A DNA stretch of 27,576 bases, taken from NCBI GenBank assembly GCA_038203565.1, contig JBBRDV010000014.1, positions 1 through 27,576 of the forward strand, written 5' to 3'. The position numbers and the translations under genes were made by a program. The notes beneath the pieces were generated by a model that worked only from the letters and a program-made list of their open reading frames with translations, was not told where the DNA came from and did not search any database. Of this stretch, positions 9,309 to 16,919 are shown piece by piece. Positions within the stretch are counted from its first letter, which is position 1; each line of letters starts with the position of its first letter. Source of the stretch: Atribacterota bacterium. Its GTDB lineage: Bacteria; Atribacterota; Phoenicimicrobiia; Phoenicimicrobiales; Phoenicimicrobiaceae.

Positions 9309-9385
9309 GTTTGGTCTCCTTTAAAAAATTTAAATAATTTGCTATAATCATTATAGTAGCATAATTTATTAATTACCTTGTTTAT

Positions 9386-9415
9386 ATTATAAGATAAACG
9401 TATGTTTATTGTCAA
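9386..9415 (-). promoter_or_regulatory. Sigma70 promoter of lexA with candidate SOS box in the spacer
   Basis: Minus strand TTGACA (9415-9410)-N18-TATAAT (9391-9386); palindrome TAAAC-GTAT-GTTTA at 9395-9408. Confidence 0.85.
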
Positions 9416-9460
9416 GTTTTTTATGGTAAAATTTTTAATCGGGTTTCGATATTTAAATTC

Positions 9461-9496
9461 TTGACAATTATAGATACGTATGATAGGTTTATCATA
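9461..9496 (+). promoter_or_regulatory. Sigma70 promoter of redox cluster with overlapping palindrome
   Basis: TTGACA (9461-9466)-N17-TAGGTT (9484-9489) with extended TG; TATGATA-N4-TATCATA dyad at 9479-9496. Confidence 0.55.
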
Positions 9497-9709
9497 TTAA
9501 ATTTCAAGTGTATATTTCACAGTAAAAAGTTTGTTAAAAAAGTTGGTTTAATTAAAAATTTTAAAATTTTAATATTATATTATATACTGTAACTTACGAC
9601 CTGAAAAAATATTGCCGTACAAAGTATAATAATTAAAGCGATTTGTAGTAGAATATAAAAAATTATAAACTATTCTGATTAATATGGTTTAAGGGGAAAA
9701 TTATATCTA

Positions 9710-10966
9710 ATGAAAACTAAATTAATAAATAATAAATTAAACCATACAAACCGAAGAAAGTTTTATTTGACTTTAACTCTGGTTTTACTTTCCTTGTTTT
9801 CCGTAATTTTCATAAGCCAAATTTCTTCTCCTTATGCAATTAATTCTTTTGCCGCCAGCACATCAAGTTCAGTTAGTTCTCCAGTTTATTTAGCCTATTT
9901 TTACGAAGCAGGGTGTCATGATTGTGATAAAGTCAAGATTATATTGAATGATATTTCCGCAGAATATCCTGATAATCTAATCATAAAAAGTTTTGACATT
10001 AGTCTAACCGATAATATGGAATTAGCCGAATCCTTAGGCGAATTATATCAAATGCCTGAGGGGGAAAGACTCCTGGTCCCGGTTATATTTATAGGGGATA
10101 ATTACCTTTTTAGAGATGCCATTAGCTTTGAAAGTTTAGACGAATTAATTCAAAAATATTTAACCACAGAAACTATTGCTCCCTGGGAAAAAGTTAAGGA
10201 AAAGGACCTTACTGCTCAAGAAAGATTAATAGCCCGTTTTCAGTCCTTCGGTCTGACTGCGGTAGCAGTAAGTGGTTTGATTGATGGCATAAATCCCTGT
10301 GCTTTTGCTACCATCATATTTTTTATCTCTTATCTTACTCTGATCAACCGAAAAGGGAAAGATATCCTCTGGGTAGGAGGAATATTTACCCTATCTATCT
10401 TTCTGACCTATTTCTTAATCGGAACCGGGGCCTTAAAGATGATTACTTCTTTATCCTTTTTACCTTTAGTTCGAAAGATATTCGTTCTGGTTACCGCCGC
10501 CCTTGCCTTAATTTTAGGGGTGATCAGTCTATATGACTATCTTCAATTCAAGAAAAAAGGGACCACCAAAGATGCTAAACTCCAATTGCCCCCATTTTTA
10601 AAGAATATGATCCATTCAACTATACGTAAGAATGTAAGACGGAGTAATTATATCTTAATGGCTGCAGTAACTGGTTTTATAGTTTCTCTTTTAGAGTTAG
10701 CCTGTACCGGTCAGATTTATCTTCCTACTATCATGTTTATCAGTACTATCCCTGATTTAAAGGCTAATGCTTTATTTTATCTCTTGTTCTATAATCTGAT
10801 GTTTATAGTGCCTTTAGTCCTGGTCTTTTCTTTTACTTACTGGGGGACTACTTCGGCACAGTGGGCTGAACTTACTCAAAAGAATTTTGGGAAAATCAAA
10901 ATGGCGATGACCCTGCTGTTTTTCGGATTGGCCGGGCTGTTGTTTTATAGCGGAATTTTTTACTAA
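9710..10966 (+). CDS. Thioredoxin-fold plus CcdA/DsbD-like transmembrane electron transporter
   Basis: N-terminal hydrophobic anchor, CHDC motif and cis-Pro loop (VPVIFIG), then about six TM helices with DGINPCAF and LELACTGQIY cysteines. Confidence 0.82.
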   Translation: MKTKLINNKLNHTNRRKFYLTLTLVLLSLFSVIFISQISSPYAINSFAASTSSSVSSPVYLAYFYEAGCHDCDKVKIILNDISAEYPDNLIIKSFDISLTDNMELAESLGELYQMPEGERLLVPVIFIGDNYLFRDAISFESLDELIQKYLTTETIAPWEKVKEKDLTAQERLIARFQSFGLTAVAVSGLIDGINPCAFATIIFFISYLTLINRKGKDILWVGGIFTLSIFLTYFLIGTGALKMITSLSFLPLVRKIFVLVTAALALILGVISLYDYLQFKKKGTTKDAKLQLPPFLKNMIHSTIRKNVRRSNYILMAAVTGFIVSLLELACTGQIYLPTIMFISTIPDLKANALFYLLFYNLMFIVPLVLVFSFTYWGTTSAQWAELTQKNFGKIKMAMTLLFFGLAGLLFYSGIFY

Positions 10967-11057
10967 AAGCGTGAACTCACAACTTGTATTTAAAACTGTC
11001 GGCCAAATTGATCGAGAGATTGGTAGATTGGTAGATTAATGTAAGGAGGTACTTTAT

Positions 11058-11696
11058 ATGGTTTTTTCGATGAAGAAAAAGAAAAATAATCTTTTTATTA
11101 TGCTATTAATAGTATTTGTTTTTTTAATTTCTTTTTATCTATCTGTTTATGCTGCTTCTTCTTTTAGGAAATATTTTCCTGCTCCCAACTTTACTCTTAA
11201 GACTGTGGATGGAAAAAATTTTGATTTAGAAAACTATAAGGGAAAACAAAAACTCCTTATTCTTTACTTTGGTAATAATGAAAATAAGGATTCAGTATCT
11301 GGGATAGAAGAACTGGCCGAATATTTTGAAGAGTATATCATTAAAGAAAAATACCAGGTAATTATGATAAATACCCGTAAAGACCTGAAAGAGGAAGATT
11401 TTGCTCAGATTAAAAAGTTTTGGACTGATAAAAAAATATCTTTCACCATATTATTAGACAGCCAGAATGAAGTGAGCAATCTTTACAATATTGAAGTTTT
11501 ACCCACCAATATTCTTTTAGATAAGAATTTGGTAGTAAAGAGAGTCTATCCGGGGTTAATCTCAAAACAACAAAATATAATGTTTCAATATCTCACTTAT
11601 TTTTTAGCTGCTCAAGAAAAGGGAACTCCCAAAAAAGAGACTGAAAAGGATGATGGTTGTGATGATGGAGTATGCCCTCCTCCACCTGGCTATTAA
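11058..11696 (+). CDS. Exported TlpA/AhpC-TSA-like redoxin lacking CxxC, with C-terminal CX4C tail
   Basis: Signal peptide; APNFTLKTVDGK.FDL..YKG, ILLD, YNIEVLPTNILLDK; tail GCDDGVCPPPPGY; AAGGAGG RBS. Confidence 0.8.
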   Translation: MVFSMKKKKNNLFIMLLIVFVFLISFYLSVYAASSFRKYFPAPNFTLKTVDGKNFDLENYKGKQKLLILYFGNNENKDSVSGIEELAEYFEEYIIKEKYQVIMINTRKDLKEEDFAQIKKFWTDKKISFTILLDSQNEVSNLYNIEVLPTNILLDKNLVVKRVYPGLISKQQNIMFQYLTYFLAAQEKGTPKKETEKDDGCDDGVCPPPPGY

Positions 11697-11762
11697 ATAG
11701 GTGATAAAAGAAAAATTGTTTAACAAGGGAATATTAATTAATATATAACAAAGGAGAAAGTT

Positions 11763-12815
11763 ATGTTTCGTAAAAACAAAATTATTATCATCTTAATATT
11801 AATAAGTATAGTAGTTATAGTAGGAGCTTTTTTAATATTTTATAATATTCAAAACAAGTCTTCCCAGCCGCCTAATATCTCTATATCAGAAGAAGAATGG
11901 GATTTCGGAAAGATAAAAGAAGATGAAAGGCCCGTTCATATCTTTACCATCAAAAATATAGGAAGAGAAGAATTGATTATCAGTCGAGTACGAGCCTCCT
12001 GTGGCTGTACTGCCACTATGCTTTCTTCTGATAAAATAAAACCCGGACAATCAGCCGAACTACAGGTAACTTTTGATCCTACCGGTTATAAAGATCTGGT
12101 TAAAAAAGATATCTATATCGAATCTAACGACCCACAGCTCCCCACCACCAAAGTTACAATAATTGCTGAGGTAGAGCCTATCCCCTCTCCTCAAGCTTTC
12201 TTTTCTGATTCTCAATGGGATTTAGGGCTGATCTCCCAAGGGGATTTACCCTCCTTTACTTTTACTATTGAAAATAAGGGTGAACTGGATTTGATAATTG
12301 ATAAGATAGATGCCTCTGAGTACATTCAATACGATACAGAAATACCCTTACCTTTAACGATTCTTGCGGGAGAAAAACAGGAGGTAACTTTTACCTATAA
12401 TTCCAGCCAGCATGAGTTAGGTGAAGTAAGAGAGAGTGTGCGTATATACTGTAATGATCCCAAGAGAAAAGCCTTTTCATTGCGTATTGATGGTTATATA
12501 AAAGAGAAACCTATTCCAACAGTAAGTATTTCCCCGGTAGGAGCCAGTTTTAATTTAACCACTAATTCTGAAGGTGAAACGATAGGAAGCTTCGTTCTGG
12601 CAAATTTAGCTGAAGACGGGATAAAAATTACTTCCATAAAAACCTCAGTAGATTACCTCATCCCCTTAGTATCTGAAATTGAGTTAAACTCAGGAGAAAA
12701 AGAAAATCTACAGGTGATATTATTAAAAGATAGAATCCCAGATAAAATACAGGAAGGGGAAATAAAGGAATATCTTTATTTAACTATTGCCATCCCTATT
12801 GTAATTAATAGATAG
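11763..12815 (+). CDS. Membrane-anchored DUF1573 (Ig-like repeat) protein
   Basis: N-terminal TM helix; WDFGKI...F.IKN.G...L.I..V.ASCGCT...I.PG; two further Ig-like repeats without SCGC. Confidence 0.82.
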   Translation: MFRKNKIIIILILISIVVIVGAFLIFYNIQNKSSQPPNISISEEEWDFGKIKEDERPVHIFTIKNIGREELIISRVRASCGCTATMLSSDKIKPGQSAELQVTFDPTGYKDLVKKDIYIESNDPQLPTTKVTIIAEVEPIPSPQAFFSDSQWDLGLISQGDLPSFTFTIENKGELDLIIDKIDASEYIQYDTEIPLPLTILAGEKQEVTFTYNSSQHELGEVRESVRIYCNDPKRKAFSLRIDGYIKEKPIPTVSISPVGASFNLTTNSEGETIGSFVLANLAEDGIKITSIKTSVDYLIPLVSEIELNSGEKENLQVILLKDRIPDKIQEGEIKEYLYLTIAIPIVINR

Positions 12816-12933
12816 TAAATTGTTTCGCTAAGATTAATAAAAATTATAAATTGTAGAAAAAAATATGGCCTGCAGGATAAATATTTTTACAGCAATAACC
12901 TGAATATCATCATGTATAAAGGAGAATACAACA

Positions 12934-13272
12934 ATGAAAGCAACTATAAAGATATTTAAAGCCTTATCTGATGAAACCCGCCTACGTATTTATTTACTTC
13001 TACTGCAGGGCGAATTATGTGTCTGTGAATTAGTAAATATATTAAATATGGAACAATCAAGAATTTCGCATAGTATTAGGATTTTAAAAGAAGCAGGTCT
13101 TGTTGATAATCGGCGAGAAGGCAAGTGGATTATCTATGCAGTAAATCCTGAAACAGAAAATAATAGAATAATTCAGGGTTTAAAGAATGAATTAGAATTA
13201 CCGGAACAGGATTTAAAAAATATTACTAAATGTAAGAAAGAAAAGATAAGAGAAAAGTGTAAATGCAATTAA
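12934..13272 (+). CDS. ArsR/SmtB family transcriptional regulator
   Basis: FKALSDETRLRI, ELCVCEL metal(loid) box, QSRISH, RREGKW; Cys-rich C-terminus. Confidence 0.93.
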   Translation: MKATIKIFKALSDETRLRIYLLLLQGELCVCELVNILNMEQSRISHSIRILKEAGLVDNRREGKWIIYAVNPETENNRIIQGLKNELELPEQDLKNITKCKKEKIREKCKCN

Positions 13273-13442
13273 TTCTCATTTAATATAATTTAAATTGAGT
13301 TTGTCACCCCTCAGTTTTCAGAAACCTCCCGGGCATTGCTCTGTCAACCTTTCTGGATGTTTGGTTATAATGAAACAAAATCTAATTAATTAGAGCGAGT
13401 TTATCTATTTTACTATTGGAATTTGCATTGAGGTATTTTTTG

Positions 13443-13925
13443 ATGAAAATATTAGTAGCATTTTATTCGAGAAGCGGCAAAACTAAAAAAGTAGCCGAAG
13501 CTATTTCAGAAATTTTAAAGTGTGATAAGGAAGAGATTTTTGATATTAAAAGCAGGGAGGGAATTGTAGGATTCTTAAGTGCCGGGACTGATGCTAACTT
13601 GAGAAGATTAACCGCAATTAAGGAGATAAAAAATAATCCCTCTTTATACGATCTAGTTATTATCGGAACCCCCATCTGGTCCTCCAATATTTCTACCCCT
13701 ATCAGAACCTATCTTTCCTTATTTAAAGAAGAATTTAAAAAAGTAGCTTTTTTCTGTACCCGGGTAGGTTCAGATGCCGAGAAAGTATTTGCTGATATGA
13801 AAAATCTGAGTCAGAAGGCCCCACTTGCTTTACTTGAGCTGACCGCACGAGAAGTGGCAAGGGACCAATATATACAGAAAGTGAAAGAATTTATAGAAAA
13901 TTTAAAAGAAGAGCTAAAAAAGTAA
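13443..13925 (+). CDS. Flavodoxin-like protein
   Basis: MKILVAFYSRSGKTKKVA FMN loop, YDLVIIGTPIW, VAFFCT. ATG 13443 preceded by GAGG is preferred over TTG 13416. Confidence 0.88.
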   Translation: MKILVAFYSRSGKTKKVAEAISEILKCDKEEIFDIKSREGIVGFLSAGTDANLRRLTAIKEIKNNPSLYDLVIIGTPIWSSNISTPIRTYLSLFKEEFKKVAFFCTRVGSDAEKVFADMKNLSQKAPLALLELTAREVARDQYIQKVKEFIENLKEELKK

Positions 13926-13926
13926 A

Positions 13927-14325
13927 ATGAAAGTAACCGAAGAAGAATTTGAAGAATTAGTAACAGAGGCAATAAGCAGCCTTCCCGAAAAATTTAAAGA
14001 AAAGATGGAAAATATTGCTATCGTAATTGAAGATTTGCCTTCCCAGGAACTTCTTAGGGAGATGAAGATCAAATCACCCTATGGCCTTTTGGGTCTTTAT
14101 CGGGGGGTCCCTTATCCCAGAAGAGGTATCTGGTACAGGAACGTTATGCCTGATAAGATTATTATCTTTAAAAAACCCATAGAAGTTCGCTGTAAAAACA
14201 AAGAAGAAATAAAGGAATCTGTCAGAAAAGTGGTTATCCATGAGATTGGGCATTACTTTGGTTTGGGAGAAGCAGAGTTGCGAAAGATTGAAAAAGAGAG
14301 AGATGGTGCCGAAGGGGGGATTTGA
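13927..14325 (+). CDS. Minimal zincin metallopeptidase (Zincin_1/DUF1025-like)
   Basis: EEFEELV.EA...LP, LLGLYRGVP, PDKIIIF, HEIGHYFG (HExxH). Confidence 0.9.
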   Translation: MKVTEEEFEELVTEAISSLPEKFKEKMENIAIVIEDLPSQELLREMKIKSPYGLLGLYRGVPYPRRGIWYRNVMPDKIIIFKKPIEVRCKNKEEIKESVRKVVIHEIGHYFGLGEAELRKIEKERDGAEGGI

Positions 14326-14390
14326 ACCCCCACAGGCATACACCTACTACGCCCTGAACGTAGCGCGTCTACCAGTTCCGCCACTCCGGC
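14304..14390 (-). tRNA. tRNA-Leu(CAG)
   Basis: Minus strand GCCGGAG...; anticodon arm CTACG-TTCAGGG-CGTAG; long variable arm; GGTTCAAATCC T-loop; encoded CCA; 87 nt. Confidence 0.96.
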
Positions 14391-14447
14391 TTATTATTGA
14401 AGATAAATTTAAAATTGATAGGTATCCAAAATAGCCTTTATGAAAAT

Positions 14448-14476
14448 AGAATAAAGAAAATAGATGTTATTGTCAA
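14448..14476 (-). promoter_or_regulatory. Sigma70 promoter for tRNA-Leu
   Basis: Minus strand TTGACA (14476-14471)-N17-TATTCT (14453-14448). Confidence 0.65.
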
Positions 14477-14531
14477 GTTTTTATAACAAAAATCGTATAT
14501 ATTAGAAATATCAGAAAAGGAGTGAAGTGTT

Positions 14532-15533
14532 TTGGTTAAAAAACAAATGGTGAACGATTTAAATTTGAGCACTAAAATTGATGACGTATTTTTCTTAAAA
14601 GATATAGAGTTTAAAGTAAGGCGGGATAAAAAAACCATAGATATGTTCTTTAAAATCACCGATAAGACCGGAGAAATTGAAGCCGTAAATTGGGATATTT
14701 CTGATGATAAGATAGAAAAGTTAGGCAAGATTAAATTTGCCCGAGTTCAAGGGTATATTACCAAAAAGAAAAGTGATGGAACCCTTCAGGCAACAGTTTC
14801 TTCTCTTACCGAAACCGCTCACTTAGATTTAGATTATTCCGATTATTTACCACAATCAAAAGAAAATTTAAATGAATTAATGCAGAAAATTTTTTCAAAA
14901 ATAAATTCTATCGATAATTATCACTTGAAAAACCTTTTGAAGAGTTTTTTTGATGACCCAGAATTTGCGGAGAAGTTTAAAAAGGCTCCTGCTGCTACAA
15001 AAGTACACCAGCCTTATCTCGGAGGTTTACTCGAGCATACCTGTAATTTAGTCAGGATTTGTGAAACAATAGGTGATATTTATAAAGAGATAAATCGTGA
15101 ATTTTTGATAACTATGGCTCTACTCCACGATATAGGCAAGGTTAGAGAATATACTTATGACCGAGTCATTGAGTATACCGATGAAGGTAAACTTTTAGGT
15201 CATATTACTATAGGGCTGGAGATGATTGACCAAAAAATAAAGAGCTTAGATAATTTTCCTCCGGATTTAGAATTAATGATAAAACATACTCTCTTAAGTC
15301 ATCATGGACGTTTTGAATTCGGTTCACCAAAACTCCCCAGCATATTAACTGCCATTGCTCTTCATTGTGCTGATGAAACAGAGGCCAAAATAAGTGGTTT
15401 TATCAATATAAAGGAAGAAAGTGGAAATTTTAATGAAAAATGGAGTAAATGGATTTGGTGGTTAGAAAGGTCAATTTATTTAGATGAAGAAGCAATCTTA
15501 AAAAATAAAATAAATGAGACAGAGGAAGATTAA
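14532..15533 (+). CDS. yhaM: YhaM/Cbf1-like 3'-5' exoribonuclease (OB fold + HD domain)
   Basis: DKTGEIEA..W OB fold; APAA..VHQ..GGLLEH, LLHDIGK, EGKLLGHI, SHHG..EFGSP. Confidence 0.88.
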   Translation: MVKKQMVNDLNLSTKIDDVFFLKDIEFKVRRDKKTIDMFFKITDKTGEIEAVNWDISDDKIEKLGKIKFARVQGYITKKKSDGTLQATVSSLTETAHLDLDYSDYLPQSKENLNELMQKIFSKINSIDNYHLKNLLKSFFDDPEFAEKFKKAPAATKVHQPYLGGLLEHTCNLVRICETIGDIYKEINREFLITMALLHDIGKVREYTYDRVIEYTDEGKLLGHITIGLEMIDQKIKSLDNFPPDLELMIKHTLLSHHGRFEFGSPKLPSILTAIALHCADETEAKISGFINIKEESGNFNEKWSKWIWWLERSIYLDEEAILKNKINETEED

Positions 15534-15547
15534 AGGAGAGGCTAATA

Positions 15548-16918
15548 ATGAGAGAAATTTTTGAAAAGGCTTTAAAAAATAAAAGAAATAGTGCAGATTA
15601 TATCGAGATAAGGGCGGAAAAGAAAGAAACCACTACCATTCATTTTCAAGGGGAGAAATTAGAAAAAATAAATTGTTCCCAGCAGGCAGGAGGAAATGTT
15701 CGTGCCCTGGTAAAAGGGGGATGGGGTTTCGTTTCCTTTAACCGGTTTGATGATCTGGAGGAAAAAGTGAAAGAAGCTATTGAGGTGGCGAGTTTAATTG
15801 GAAAAGGAGAGAGTAAATTAGCTGTGGCTTTGCCGGTGGTAGAAATAGTTCATCGGGAATTAGATAAAGATTTTCGCCAGGTAAGTTTGAGGGAAAAGAA
15901 GGATTTAATAGAAAATTATAATAATATCATTATGAAATCTAATCCTCTGATTCAATCCTCCAATGTAGTCTATACTGATAGATTTTCTACTATTTATTTT
16001 GCCAATTCGGAAGGTAGTTATATCGAACAGGAAAAGCCGTTTTTAAGTGCGGGTTTTACAGCCATAGCTCGAGAGGGGGATAATGTTCAGATAGCCAGCG
16101 AGAGTGTCGGAAGCACCAAGGGTTTTGCCATTATGGAAAGAATTTCCGACAAAGCACAAAGAGCAGCTTCTCGGGCAGTCAATCTTCTTAAGGCGCAGCC
16201 GGTGGAAGGTGGGGAATATACGGTTATTTTAGATCAGATGTTAGGCGGGGTTTTTATTCATGAAGCCTTTGGACATCTTAGTGAAGCTGATTTTTTATAT
16301 GAAGACGAGAGGATGAGCGATTTAATGAAATTAGGGAAGAAATTTGGCTCACCCAAACTCAATGTAGTTGACGATGGATCTATTCCGGATCTGTTAGGTT
16401 CGGCCAAATATGATGATGAAGGAGTTAAAACAAAGAAAAATTATCTGATAAAAGAGGGAATCCTGACAGGCAGGCTACATTCGCGGGAGACTGCTGTTAA
16501 AATGGGGGAAGAGCCAACCGGAAATGCCCGTGCCCTCAACTATCGCTTTAAACCTATTGTTAGAATGACCAATACCTATGTCGAAAACGGAGATACTCCT
16601 TTTAAAGATTTATTATCCGGAATAAAAAAGGGAATTTATGCCAAGGATTGCTATGGAGGGATGACCAGCTTTGAGATGTTTACTTTTAGTGCCGGGGAAG
16701 GTTTTATGATAAGAGACGGGAAGATTACCGAGTCGGTTAAGGATGTGGTTTTAAGTGGGAATTTATTTACCACCCTTCTTAATATTGAGGGAGTAGGAAA
16801 TGATTTGAAGATGATTGAATCCGGTGGGGGATGCGGAAAAGCGGGGCAAAACCCTCTACCAGTCTCTTTCGGCAGTCCTCATCTCAGGATAAAAAAAGTA
16901 GTAGTAGGAGGTAGATGA
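15548..16918 (+). CDS. tldD: TldD metalloprotease subunit
   Basis: HEAFGH zinc motif, DDEG, TGNAR, RMTNT, GCGK.GQ. Confidence 0.93.
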   Translation: MREIFEKALKNKRNSADYIEIRAEKKETTTIHFQGEKLEKINCSQQAGGNVRALVKGGWGFVSFNRFDDLEEKVKEAIEVASLIGKGESKLAVALPVVEIVHRELDKDFRQVSLREKKDLIENYNNIIMKSNPLIQSSNVVYTDRFSTIYFANSEGSYIEQEKPFLSAGFTAIAREGDNVQIASESVGSTKGFAIMERISDKAQRAASRAVNLLKAQPVEGGEYTVILDQMLGGVFIHEAFGHLSEADFLYEDERMSDLMKLGKKFGSPKLNVVDDGSIPDLLGSAKYDDEGVKTKKNYLIKEGILTGRLHSRETAVKMGEEPTGNARALNYRFKPIVRMTNTYVENGDTPFKDLLSGIKKGIYAKDCYGGMTSFEMFTFSAGEGFMIRDGKITESVKDVVLSGNLFTTLLNIEGVGNDLKMIESGGGCGKAGQNPLPVSFGSPHLRIKKVVVGGR

Positions 16919-16919
16919 G

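Noticed and set aside
9302..9313. AAACATGTTT palindrome over the lexA start codon as a third SOS box
   Set aside because: Spacer is 2 bp rather than 4; LexA dimers are spacing-strict. Kept only as a curiosity.
9710..13272. Selenocysteine read-through in the redox genes
   Set aside because: No in-frame TGA at Cys positions; these ORFs end in TAA or TAG.
14304..14330. tRNA 3' end as attachment site of an integrated element
   Set aside because: No duplicate of the tRNA 3' end and no integrase seen in the window.
14074..14434. ORFs 14074-14343 (-) and 14240-14434 (+)
   Set aside because: Shadow frames over the zincin gene and tRNA-Leu.
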